IMG/VR virus record: IMGVR_UViG_3300031565_014856
Coordinates: 1 to 58,914 of that record
Reading direction: 5' to 3' (one strand)
DNA length: 58,914 nt
From: a virus
Taxonomy: Duplodnaviria; Caudoviricetes
The notes under the pieces were generated by a model that worked only from the letters and a program-made list of their open reading frames with translations, was not told the DNA's origin and searched no databases. Positions 18,732 to 27,204 of this stretch are shown piece by piece. Position 1 is the first letter of the stretch, and every line of letters begins with the position of its first letter. The translations under genes were made by a program, and so were the position numbers.

Positions 18732-19034
18732 TTTTTTATTTAAAGAATGAGCAAGCTCTCTACCATTCTTTGCTTGCCACTCAAGTTGATCATAAATAAA
18801 TTCCACTTCGTTTTCTCCTGGTGGAATTCCTTTTACTGTATCATCGTGTACAGCTATTGAAAAATATTCATGTTTATCTTCAGTGTACATTTCTGCTCTT
18901 CCAGAATTTGAATTTTCATTCATCATTTGAAACGTGAGGCTTTGAATCAAATTCAACGCCTCTTTTGGAGATACCTGGATCATGTATCCCGGCCCACTCT
19001 GGGAGTCCATTTTACTCCATTTAATAACTTTCAT
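18714..19034 (-). CDS. hypothetical protein
   Basis: tiled; 3' end overlaps tRNA-Leu 5' end. Confidence 0.5.
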   Translation of the reverse strand: MKVIKWSKMDSQSGPGYMIQVSPKEALNLIQSLTFQMMNENSNSGRAEMYTEDKHEYFSIAVHDDTVKGIPPGENEVEFIYDQLEWQAKNGRELAHSLNKKGSLAE

Positions 19035-19416
19035 GTGCGTGTTGTTTTATTGTTTGATAAATTCTTTCCAAACTATCATCGATAACAACTGATTCGGCGG
19101 TTACCTTGTAAAATTTCTGTATGGCTTTTTTTGTTTTGAATATGTATTTCCAGGATGGACGAGATCCATGATACCTAAGGAGGGTTTTCTTATCTACTTC
19201 GTCATAAAACTCGCCTTCACTCATCCATGCGTAATACTTGTTTGCATTCCAAAATGAGTATCGAACCCCATTATTAAATGTAACAATTCGTTTATATTCT
19301 TGTGGGGGTCCAACCTCTAAAATTCCACTGTCTAAGCAGGCACGCAATAAAGAAGTTGCGCCTTTATTTTCTTCATATAATCCTGTAACAACACCAAGTC
19401 TTAATTTATAGAACAT
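19021..19416 (-). CDS. hypothetical protein
   Basis: tiled ORF. Confidence 0.55.
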   Translation of the reverse strand: MFYKLRLGVVTGLYEENKGATSLLRACLDSGILEVGPPQEYKRIVTFNNGVRYSFWNANKYYAWMSEGEFYDEVDKKTLLRYHGSRPSWKYIFKTKKAIQKFYKVTAESVVIDDSLERIYQTIKQHAHESY

Positions 19417-19825
19417 CTTTTTCTTTTATGGGTGTAAATCCTGCGAGTCCAATATCTATTGCGTCAGCAAAGTGATGCATAGTATCTTCAAATGTGTGGC
19501 CAAACTTTGTTCGAGTATAGTAAAACATTCCAATCTTTTCGTCCCACCTCGCCTCTTCTGTATGTCTGGTAAGGCTTCCTGTACCTTCCATGGCAATATA
19601 AGTAACTCCGTCTTTCAGTTGATCCTTTGGGATGATTGCTTTTAAAGTATCTTGTTCAAATTTCAAAACATATTCATGACCCTTGACACGATTTATTACT
19701 TCTTTTTTCGCGTCATAACGAGTAGGAATTCTTTTTTCTATTCGCTCGGCTTGAGCAATTATATCTTCCCATTTTTCGGGCCAATATTCCTGTAATTTTT
19801 GTAATATGTCTTTGTCTAGATCCAT
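19406..19825 (-). CDS. hypothetical protein
   Basis: tiled ORF. Confidence 0.6.
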   Translation of the reverse strand: MDLDKDILQKLQEYWPEKWEDIIAQAERIEKRIPTRYDAKKEVINRVKGHEYVLKFEQDTLKAIIPKDQLKDGVTYIAMEGTGSLTRHTEEARWDEKIGMFYYTRTKFGHTFEDTMHHFADAIDIGLAGFTPIKEKDVL

Positions 19826-20184
19826 TATTCAGGTTTTTCAATAAAATTAAAATCAATGTCTTTCATCATGGAATCATAGTCTTCACCTGCTTCTTCCATA
19901 TCATCATCTCCATACTCAAACATCCAAGTTATCTTTCCTTTCATTTTCTCTATCTCACTCATGAGTTTGAGAAGCATCTTTGCAGCTCCCGTATTAAAAT
20001 ACTCAAAATCGAAAGTTACGTCCAACTTATTTCCCTTTTTTGTTTTGCTGATGATTTCAATAATTTCGTTGTAAAACTCTTGAGGATGCTCATGAACAGA
20101 ACGACCTCCAATGTATAAAATCCCTTCGTTATCAAAAATAACTTGTGGTGTCTTTTCTCCGGCTTTGATATTTAAAATTTCCAT
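19825..20184 (-). CDS. SiaC/DUF1987-family protein
   Basis: TPQV.F, GRS.HE, FEYFNT, W...DDDMEEAGEDY. Confidence 0.8.
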   Translation of the reverse strand: MEILNIKAGEKTPQVIFDNEGILYIGGRSVHEHPQEFYNEIIEIISKTKKGNKLDVTFDFEYFNTGAAKMLLKLMSEIEKMKGKITWMFEYGDDDMEEAGEDYDSMMKDIDFNFIEKPE

Positions 20185-20192
20185 AAGGCTTT

Positions 20193-20393
20193 TTATTTAT
20201 TTATCCAATAGGTCTTACTTAAATATCGTTCTCTTGTTTGCTCCTCTGTTTCGTTTAACTTGGTAAAGACGTATATTCTAAGTTCGGGTATGTGAATTCG
20301 TTTTCGTCCCTCAAGACTTTTCTTTTGGGCTTCCCGCAACTTAGGGCTCAGTTTATCTCCTTCACCAGTCAACTTGTAAAATTTCTGTGCCAT
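20193..20393 (-). CDS. hypothetical protein
   Basis: ORF after tRNA. Confidence 0.5.
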   Translation of the reverse strand: MAQKFYKLTGEGDKLSPKLREAQKKSLEGRKRIHIPELRIYVFTKLNETEEQTRERYLSKTYWINK

Positions 20394-20406
20394 AATTAAA
20401 GTTTAG

Positions 20407-20479
20407 TAGCGGGTACCAGGATCGAACTGGTGGCCTTTGGGTTATGATTCCAACGCTCTGCCAGCTGAGCTAACCCGCC
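20407..20479 (-). tRNA. tRNA with CAU anticodon (Met elongator or Ile2)
   Basis: cloverleaf; loop ATCATAA. Confidence 0.88.
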
Positions 20480-20480
20480 A

Positions 20481-20714
20481 TTAAATTTTTATTTTGAACG
20501 AATCTTGAACTATTATTCTATCAGGATACGTCCATCCTATTTTTTGGTTACCATCGGTAATGATTCCAACACTATCATTATATTTTCGTGTTGTATCAAT
20601 TTGTTCAATGGTTACTTTTTTAAAATCTTTACTGTGACCATAAGAATGCACTCTTACGCCACGTGAACCTACAGTAATAGGTGTTCCAAGAAAATCGTTT
20701 ACTTCTACTTTCAT
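20481..20714 (-). CDS. hypothetical protein
   Basis: tiled ORF. Confidence 0.55.
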   Translation of the reverse strand: MKVEVNDFLGTPITVGSRGVRVHSYGHSKDFKKVTIEQIDTTRKYNDSVGIITDGNQKIGWTYPDRIIVQDSFKIKI

Positions 20715-21403
20715 TTTTCTTCTTTTAATAAAATTTCGTCAACCATACCATAATCTTTGGCTTCCTGTGCAGTCATCCAGAAATCTCTGTCTGAATCTCC
20801 TTCTACTTCTTCGAAGGTTTTACCGGAGTGTTTAGCGATGATTTCATAAAGTTCTTTTTTCATCTTTAAGATCTCTCTAGTAGTGATCTCAATATCTGAT
20901 GCTTGTCCTTGTGCTCCTCCAAGGGGTTGGTGTATCATTACCCTTGAGTGTGGAAGCACTGACCTTTTTCCATCAGTTCCTGCACAAAGTAAAACGGCTC
21001 CCATTGAAGCTGCCATTCCTGTACAGATGGTGGCAATGTCACATTCGACATATTGCATGGTATCATAAATTCCCAATCCCGCATGAACCGATCCTCCAGG
21101 GGAATTGAAATAAATTTGTATGTCCTTTCCTGGATCCGCAGAAGCTAAGTAAAGCAACTGTGCCTGGATGATATTTGCAACGTAATCGTTGATTGGTGTT
21201 CCAAGGAATATGATCCTGTCCATCATCAACCTGGAAAATACGTCCATGGATGCGACATTCAATTGTCTTTCCTCAATAATCGTTGGCGAAATATAGTTAT
21301 TATAAGCCGCTGTGATGTTGTGTAAAGACATGCTTGTGATGCCCCTGTCCCTTGCAAATAATTCAAAATCTCTGTTCATGTTATTGTGTTTTTTATTATA
21401 CAT
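20711..21403 (-). CDS. clpP: ATP-dependent Clp protease proteolytic subunit
   Basis: MDVFSRLMMDRIIFLG, NSPGGSV, GMAASMG, MIHQP, DRDFWM; true start may be 21379. Confidence 0.95.
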   Translation of the reverse strand: MYNKKHNNMNRDFELFARDRGITSMSLHNITAAYNNYISPTIIEERQLNVASMDVFSRLMMDRIIFLGTPINDYVANIIQAQLLYLASADPGKDIQIYFNSPGGSVHAGLGIYDTMQYVECDIATICTGMAASMGAVLLCAGTDGKRSVLPHSRVMIHQPLGGAQGQASDIEITTREILKMKKELYEIIAKHSGKTFEEVEGDSDRDFWMTAQEAKDYGMVDEILLKEEK

Positions 21404-21564
21404 ATTATCATGGATATTATCACGAATACTATCATTCCTATGGATCCAAAAATGGAAATATTAAATAAACTTATGTGTAATTTTATTCCTATTAAAACCC
21501 ATATCAAATATAGAATTATGGAAACTATCCAAATTTTTTCTCCTGTAGAAAACACTTTTTTCAT
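21376..21564 (-). CDS. small membrane protein
   Basis: two TM helices; tiled. Confidence 0.5.
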   Translation of the reverse strand: MKKVFSTGEKIWIVSIILYLIWVLIGIKLHISLFNISIFGSIGMIVFVIISMIICIIKNTIT

Positions 21565-21995
21565 ATGACTCTAAATGTTTGTGATTCCATTACTGGCCAG
21601 AAATATTTAGCATCATTAAATCCTTCATCATCAGGAAATTTAGAAAGATAAAAATCTCTATCCTTTTCAATTAAACGAGCTCTCATGCCCCTATGAAAAT
21701 TTTCGTCTCCTAACCACCAAGGTTTGTTACCATCACTTTCAGCTTTAAAGTATTCATATTTCGTATTAATTCCGTGTTTTACTTTAGAAACCCTTAAGAA
21801 CGTATCGAAATAAACTTTAAACTCATTTGTAAAACCAACCCACATTTTAACTGCCGGGTGATTTGCCCATCCAGCACTTCGTCCTTCAAGAACATTTAAA
21901 ATTTGTGCAGCTTCTACAACTTGTTTCCAACAACGTTTTTTATCTAAAACAACTGCAGATTCTAAATATCCTTCGTAAGGTAAAAATGTTTGCAT
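21561..21995 (-). CDS. pyrimidine-dimer DNA glycosylase/endonuclease V-like protein
   Basis: MQTFLPY, LDKKRCWKQVVEA.QI, HPAVKMW, PWWLG, L.EKD..FY. Confidence 0.75.
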   Translation of the reverse strand: MQTFLPYEGYLESAVVLDKKRCWKQVVEAAQILNVLEGRSAGWANHPAVKMWVGFTNEFKVYFDTFLRVSKVKHGINTKYEYFKAESDGNKPWWLGDENFHRGMRARLIEKDRDFYLSKFPDDEGFNDAKYFWPVMESQTFRVI

Positions 21996-22042
21996 ACTTT
22001 TTATTTTGGGTAAATATAACAAAAATAATTGTAACGAGGAAA

Positions 22043-22117
22043 TGGTAGCCCGTAGGGGAATCGAACCCCTGTTACCAGGATGAAAACCTGGCGTCCTAAC
22101 CCCTAGACGAACGGGCC
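22043..22117 (-). tRNA. tRNA-Glu(UUC), CCA encoded
   Basis: cloverleaf; loop TTTTCAT. Confidence 0.92.
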
Positions 22118-22204
22118 ATTTATTTGGAAAGTATTCTTGCCCACCCTCTTGCTATTAGGTAGCTTAATCCCCAAATTCCTATAATTATTAGTGTAGCCAT
22201 ATTA

Positions 22205-22402
22205 TTAATTATAAAAAACAACAGAATCTCTTGTTATGGTATGAAGACCATCCTCTTCAAATTCAATTCTATCAAAATAAATAATTTCTTCTTTCACCTC
22301 AACTTTAGGTTTAAAATCAAGGTGAATTGGCGGAGATTTTTGTATGGTGTAATCCGTAATAAGCAAAAATCCACCTAATAAAAATATAATTATTGTGCTC
22401 AT
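22205..22402 (-). CDS. small hypothetical membrane-anchored protein
   Basis: start at ATG 22402, after the tRNA. Confidence 0.45.
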   Translation of the reverse strand: MSTIIIFLLGGFLLITDYTIQKSPPIHLDFKPKVEVKEEIIYFDRIEFEEDGLHTITRDSVVFYN

Positions 22403-22404
22403 AG

Positions 22405-22490
22405 TACCCGGAGTGGGAATCGAACCCACACGGCCATTACTGGCCACTGGATTTTAAGTCCAGCGCGTCTACCAATTCCGCCACCCGGGC
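22405..22490 (-). tRNA. tRNA-Leu(UAA)
   Basis: cloverleaf; loop CTTAAAA. Confidence 0.92.
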
Positions 22491-22571
22491 AGGTAGTTAA
22501 ATTTAACAATACAGTCTAACCCACGATCGTTGCTGCAACTGCACCCCATTCAGCTTTTGGGTGTTAAATAG

Positions 22572-22789
22572 AGACGGGGGACGGATTCGAACCGCCGACC
22601 TCCAGGTTGTTGTACTTCCTCCTTACCTTCAAATCTCTTTTTTACAATTACCAGGGAGCGACCCCAGATCAAGCAAAATGACCTAAATGATGATTTATCA
22701 GAAGTATCGATACCCATACTTAAAGCTTAATGCATGCTCTTTAAGATGTCATCGATCCTGACGCTCTGTCCGGGCTGAGCTACCCCGCC
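22572..22789 (-). ncRNA. tRNA-like RNA whose anticodon loop is replaced by 150 nt
   Basis: intact acceptor GGCGGGG/CCCCGTC, D arm, anticodon stem TCAGG/CCTGG and T arm; loop spans 22607-22756. Confidence 0.75.
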
Positions 22790-22972
22790 ATTCGTATTTC
22801 AGAACTCCAGAACGGAGCACCGTGGAACCTTTCCTCACTTTCATAAATATCGGTCTACCACACATTTGGGTAACAACTCCCAATGCGAACTGTTTCGTCT
22901 GCCCAGGTTGCCTTAACGGCTGGCTTACTTATCAGTTCAGGCTATTAACAACACAACAAAGAACGTTAACTG

Positions 22973-23055
22973 TGGGGAGAGGAGGATTCGAACCTCCGAA
23001 GGCGAAAGCCAATGGATTTACAGTCCATCCCATTTAACCACTCTGGAATCTCCCC
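22973..23055 (-). tRNA. tRNA-Tyr(GUA)
   Basis: cloverleaf; loop CTGTAAA; variable arm. Confidence 0.92.
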
Positions 23056-23311
23056 GTTTGATGGGTTAAAGTTGCAACTAAAACCCATCTAAATGACATC
23101 AACCGCCGTTTTATCTATCATATCTATAATTATTATCCATATTTGATTTTCTAATACCGGATTTTTATAAGTGATATTAAGGTAATCAAGGACCAACAAT
23201 TCTCCGTAGAGAATGAATCTAATTAACATTTGGCTAACAGCTTTCTAGAACACTGCCGGATAAATCGTTTACCTTGCTCTCATCTGTACTGGTATGCACA
23301 GCAAAAGCGCA

Positions 23312-23378
23312 TGACGTGGGAGTTGCACCCACTTCTCCTTGTGTATAGACAAGGTGACTTACCTAATAGTCTAAATCA
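23312..23378 (-). ncRNA. degenerate tRNA-like element
   Basis: D arm GACT/AGTC, stem CCTTG/CAAGG, T arm GTGGG-TGCAACT-CCCAC, only a 4-bp acceptor. Confidence 0.45.
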
Positions 23379-23432
23379 AAAGGTTAACGAAACCTAGTTG
23401 AATCAAGTATTTTCAAAGAACTCTTTCTTTAG

Positions 23433-23517
23433 TGGGAAGGGAATGGACTCGAACCATCGAAGACCTGAAGGCCACCCTATTTACCATAGGGCCCGTTTGC
23501 CGCTCTGGAACCTTCCC
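23433..23517 (-). tRNA. atypical tRNA-Tyr(GUA)-like (G33, extra nucleotide at T/acceptor junction)
   Basis: loop TGGTAAA; Tyr-type D arm and variable arm. Confidence 0.7.
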
Positions 23518-23555
23518 GTAACGTTAGGAAGATTCGCGTAATCTTCCTAACTAAG

Positions 23556-23773
23556 TGAATTAACCGCCGTATTTCCATGGGCTAACAGATTTTCGAAACC
23601 TGCTGGGTCGGCTCTTAATAGTTTCCTGATGTGGCATATGATCCTCCACCTTGCGGTTTCCTCATGAGCATAAGCACCTCCACTACTCGTCTGCCAAACG
23701 GCCGTCTGCTGTTTTGGAACAACGTAATTGGTCACCACAGACGAACATCTTTAATTCTCTCCCAGTTAATTCA
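23556..23773 (-). ncRNA. structured ~218-nt ncRNA of unknown class
   Basis: 11-bp closing stem TGAATTAACTG/CGGTTAATTCA, GC-richer than flanks, internal hairpins, preceded by boxA-like site. Confidence 0.5.
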
Positions 23774-23789
23774 AGTATTTTTCAAAGAA

Positions 23790-24056
23790 CTAATACAACC
23801 AGTTAATCACTGATTCATATCTAAAATCACTATCTTCATTTAACTGCTCCAATTCTTCTTCTGTCATCTCCCTTCCGTCATATTCTGCGTAGGATATAAA
23901 GGCATCGCAAAAGTCTGGAGCATCTCTGTGATCAATATCTTCTATTTCAATGCTTCCGATTTTGGAGTAATCAAAAATAAATTTATTTCTAGCATTCTCT
24001 TTTTGATTGTGCTCCCAATTTTCTATAGTTTTATCTTTTGACATTAGTTCAACCAT
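23790..24056 (-). CDS. hypothetical protein
   Basis: acidic ORF with DAPDFCDAFISYA motif. Confidence 0.6.
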   Translation of the reverse strand: MVELMSKDKTIENWEHNQKENARNKFIFDYSKIGSIEIEDIDHRDAPDFCDAFISYAEYDGREMTEEELEQLNEDSDFRYESVINWLY

Positions 24057-24261
24057 ATATCTCGTTCAACACACCAAGTATTCATTTTCATTCCAATGTT
24101 AAACCAAACGTCAACGTCGGTTTGAGTGTTGGCATTTTGAATCCTCTTGCAAATAAAATCGGCTATTTTTTGAAGAATCTTTGTTTTCATTATGTGTTGT
24201 TTTGTTAATCTGAGGCTAATATAACCATAATTACCGAAACGAGAAAATTTTTAATTAAAAA

Positions 24262-24379
24262 AGTAGAGAAAATTTAAGAGTGTATTGAGGATTTGAACCC
24301 CGTGTCCCGAAGGACGCCTGTTTTTCAGACAAGTGTGTATACCAATTTCACGATGAAACACTACTTAGTTACTACTACT
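24262..24379 (-). ncRNA. Y-RNA-like motif copy 3 replacing the acceptor stem of a type II tRNA body (anticodon GAA)
   Basis: AGUAG-UAGUAA-...UUUCAUCG + D arm + CUUGU-CUGAAAA-ACAGG + variable arm + T arm + CACUCUUA-AAUUUUCU-CUACU. Confidence 0.8.
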
Positions 24380-24383
24380 ATTG

Positions 24384-24468
24384 TGGAACCAAGAGGACTC
24401 GAACCTCCGACCTCTGGTATTTCACACCAGCGCTCTACGCGTATTGCTACCATCTGAGCTACGGTTCC
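24384..24468 (-). tRNA. atypical tRNA-Phe(GAA) with enlarged D-loop and G32
   Basis: D-loop contains GTA-GCAA-TAC hairpin; loop GTGAAAT. Confidence 0.75.
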
Positions 24469-24547
24469 ATAAAGACGAGGAAAACCCTAAAGTTTATTAC
24501 GATGAGAAGTCTGCCACCAAAAAGGCAGCCACAACAACCCGTCAGTG

Positions 24548-24620
24548 TGGGGAGAGGCAGAATCGAACTGCCGACACATGGATTTTCAGTCCATTGCTCT
24601 ACCAACTGAGCTACCTCCCC
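24548..24620 (-). tRNA. tRNA-Phe(GAA)
   Basis: canonical cloverleaf; loop CTGAAAA. Confidence 0.93.
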
Positions 24621-24624
24621 ATAG

Positions 24625-24704
24625 TGGGATGAGACGGAGTCGAACCATCACAGCCAAGGCGGGGGTTTTACAGACCCTTGGGCTCACCCATGCCCAGCCA
24701 TCCC
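24625..24704 (-). tRNA. tRNA-Tyr(GUA), divergent
   Basis: loop CTGTAAA; variable arm; D stem GGGC/GCCC. Confidence 0.8.
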
Positions 24705-24711
24705 ATAATAG

Positions 24712-24795
24712 TCACCGGTACGGGGGTCGAACCCGTGTTTGTAGCTTGAAAGGCTACTGTCCTAAGCGCAATGCAACCGACTAGACGAACCGGCG
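24712..24795 (-). tRNA. tRNA-Glu(UUC) with enlarged D-loop
   Basis: loop CTTTCAA; D-loop about 10 nt longer than usual. Confidence 0.8.
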
Positions 24796-24837
24796 ATTAA
24801 TATGTTAGCCATTTTTACTGTTTTTGTACAGTTTTAG

Positions 24838-25281
24838 CTAACATGTTAGTCTATTTTTATGATTTCTTCCTCTAAATGTCGGAGTTTGAGAATGGCAATT
24901 TGGACAAAGAATTTGTAAATTTTTTAATCTATTGTCTTTATTATTTCCATTTATATGATCAAGCTCCAAAACTAAAACTTCTTCAAACCATTCTTCCCCT
25001 TGACCACATTTTTCACATTTAGGTTTTTTGTATCCTTCAGCAATCAATCTATTTTTTAAATTATAAGATCTCATGTTTTTCTTTCCTGAAAAAACATCTT
25101 CTAAAAGAGTAACAAGTTTTTGCGTTCCTTTGCCCCCTTGATTTGGTTTCCAACATTCAAGTTTTAAAGCTCTTCTTTTAAAAGTTTGATATGGAATTCC
25201 TACTCTTTTTGCTGCTAATGACATTGTTGCCTCTTCATTACAGGCTTTAATAATATCATCCATTAATTCTTTTTCACTCAT
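24838..25281 (-). CDS. HNH endonuclease within the tRNA array
   Basis: CEKCG, LELDHINGNNKDNRLKNLQILCPNCHSQT. Confidence 0.88.
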   Translation of the reverse strand: MSEKELMDDIIKACNEEATMSLAAKRVGIPYQTFKRRALKLECWKPNQGGKGTQKLVTLLEDVFSGKKNMRSYNLKNRLIAEGYKKPKCEKCGQGEEWFEEVLVLELDHINGNNKDNRLKNLQILCPNCHSQTPTFRGRNHKNRLTC

Positions 25282-25327
25282 GGTAAACACTTTATTTTAT
25301 ATATCTAAGTGTCTACCAAATTTTAAG

Positions 25328-25412
25328 TGACCTCGGAGAGACTCGAACTCTCACTCCCTTAACGGGAACTAGGGCCTAAACCTAGCGCGTCTACCAATTC
25401 CGCCACGAGGCC
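25328..25412 (-). tRNA. tRNA-Leu(UAG)
   Basis: cloverleaf; loop TTTAGGC; variable arm. Confidence 0.9.
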
Positions 25413-26860
25413 AGATGTCTTGGTACAGAAGGAGGAATGATATCTATGAATGTTTCAAACACAGATATTATCACTCTTTTGTACCTTGTTAAAGATGGAT
25501 TTCCATTGTCTGTTACTGATAATATTATGTGTATCTCTGTATTTTCTGCATCTAACGGAATGTTCACATATGATTGTTGAGATGTTGGATTGTCTATCGT
25601 CACATTTCCATTATATGTTCCTGGCTCTTTATAATACCACCATTCGTAACTTAAAACATCTCCATCAGGATCGGTTGCAGTTGATGATAGGTTTATTACA
25701 TCTCCTTTAAACGCATCAATGTATAAAATTTCATTATCCACTATCGGAGGGTGATTAACATTTTCATATGAAGGTGTCAAGCTCCAATCCATCATAGCCG
25801 CAAATTCATTTTGAAAAGGTTCCCACCACCTAAATATTGTTGCATATTTGCTTGTGTATCCGTTCCATGTATCTTCAGCCGGTCCATACATATAATATGG
25901 ATCAAAATCACTTTCTGCATATTCCCTTTGTCTTGGGGGTCCTAAATTAAGATAAGACCGTATACCTGTGACTGGAACTTTTGTTGAACGTCCACCCCAA
26001 CTCCCGTGCCAAGGTTGTTCAGGATCATTAAGTCCATTGTTTACTAAGTATAACAAAACTGGAGTATCTCCTTCTTTTAAATATCTTCTCGGAGGATACA
26101 TTGCACCTAAAACTCCATGACTTCTTACATTGTTATTTGCCCATTCATCACTAGCAAAGGAAGGATCACCTTTCGCGCATTCTCCACAAAAAGGATAAAA
26201 ATAAAGTTGTTCATCTGCTATGGGATCCATTGCACAAAACATATTGTCCCATCTTAAATACCAAAGATCTGGATAATGAGAGGCATCCATCAACCAAGCA
26301 CCACTATCATCTTGACCAGCATTATCTAATACTCTTAATTTACTTACAGCATTATTAACTGCGTCAACCCCTTCAGTTTTTCTTATGTGTTCCAACGCCT
26401 GAGCTAAAACGGCTCCATCGCCCCATATACTTATCCAAATCGGTCTATCATCATCTCTATTGATTGCATCTATTATTATTTGAGCTCCATCTGAAATAGG
26501 TTCTTCATTTAATGCATAAGCAGTACCATAGTCTGCAGGGCCAAGTGCTGTTACCGATCTTAATGATTCAGGAGAAGGATACCCATTTGCATGAACAGAT
26601 AGGTTAGGTAAAACGATTTCATAAGCATCTATCACATCGTAAATAGGTTCCACAAACCTGTAACGCATATTGTGAGAGCATGTAGCTACCAATCCTTCGA
26701 TGTCAAACATATATGAATATGTCATTAGTCTGACTAAGCTCATCGCATCATCTGTTTCTTTATTGGGATCAATGTTTGGGTCTGCCAAAACAATTAATCG
26801 GTGTTGGCCAGAAACAAATACTGCTATGAATAAAAATAAAATTATGAGGAACGATCTCAT
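25391..26860 (-). CDS. secreted DUF1593 / nucleoside-hydrolase-like protein with Ig-like C-terminal domain
   Basis: signal peptide from ATG 26860; ETDDAMSLVRL, RPIWISIWG, QDDSG, EGDTP, SWGGR, DPDGD..YEWW. Confidence 0.8.
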   Translation of the reverse strand: MRSFLIILFLFIAVFVSGQHRLIVLADPNIDPNKETDDAMSLVRLMTYSYMFDIEGLVATCSHNMRYRFVEPIYDVIDAYEIVLPNLSVHANGYPSPESLRSVTALGPADYGTAYALNEEPISDGAQIIIDAINRDDDRPIWISIWGDGAVLAQALEHIRKTEGVDAVNNAVSKLRVLDNAGQDDSGAWLMDASHYPDLWYLRWDNMFCAMDPIADEQLYFYPFCGECAKGDPSFASDEWANNNVRSHGVLGAMYPPRRYLKEGDTPVLLYLVNNGLNDPEQPWHGSWGGRSTKVPVTGIRSYLNLGPPRQREYAESDFDPYYMYGPAEDTWNGYTSKYATIFRWWEPFQNEFAAMMDWSLTPSYENVNHPPIVDNEILYIDAFKGDVINLSSTATDPDGDVLSYEWWYYKEPGTYNGNVTIDNPTSQQSYVNIPLDAENTEIHIILSVTDNGNPSLTRYKRVIISVFETFIDIIPPSVPRHLASWRNW

Positions 26861-26876
26861 TTTTATTTTATTTATT

Positions 26877-26952
26877 TGGTCGAGGTGGCCGGGCTCGAAC
26901 CGACGGCCCCGTGCTCCCAAAGCACGTAATCTACCAACTGATCTACACCTCG
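26877..26952 (-). tRNA. tRNA-Pro(UGG), CCA encoded
   Basis: cloverleaf; loop TTTGGGA. Confidence 0.92.
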
Positions 26953-27013
26953 AAAATATGGCAGCCAACCCGCCTAATGCAGGCACTTACCATAAAAAAT
27001 TAGCTAATTTTTG

Positions 27014-27086
27014 TCGGGGTGGCCGGGCTCGAACCGACGACCTCCTGGTCCCAAACCAGGCACGCTACCAACTGCGCTACACCCCG
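27014..27086 (-). tRNA. tRNA-Pro(UGG)
   Basis: cloverleaf; loop TTTGGGA. Confidence 0.92.
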
Positions 27087-27101
27087 TTTTGTAGTCTTTC
27101 C

Positions 27102-27195
27102 CACTGTCACTCATCTCGACCAACGGTCACGGGAATCGAACCCGTACCTATACCCCTAATGGGTAGTGACTTGCCATTTGTCCATTCCGGCAGTG
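27102..27195 (-). ncRNA. tRNA-like element with defective acceptor stem (loop CATTAGG)
   Basis: good T arm ACGGG-TTCGATT-CCCGT and D arm; outer stem CACTG/CAGTG. Confidence 0.5.
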
Positions 27196-27204
27196 TTGAT
27201 TCAG

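Noticed and set aside
22572-22789. tmRNA
   Set aside because: It has a full D stem, no G3-U70 pair, no convincing tag ORF, and is too short.
23556-23773. RNase P RNA
   Set aside because: GAGGAAA is present but the GUCC continuation and the complementary 3' conserved region are not recognisable.
26861-26986. N-terminal extension of the 531-aa ORF
   Set aside because: It overlaps tRNA-Pro; the signal peptide starts at ATG 26860.
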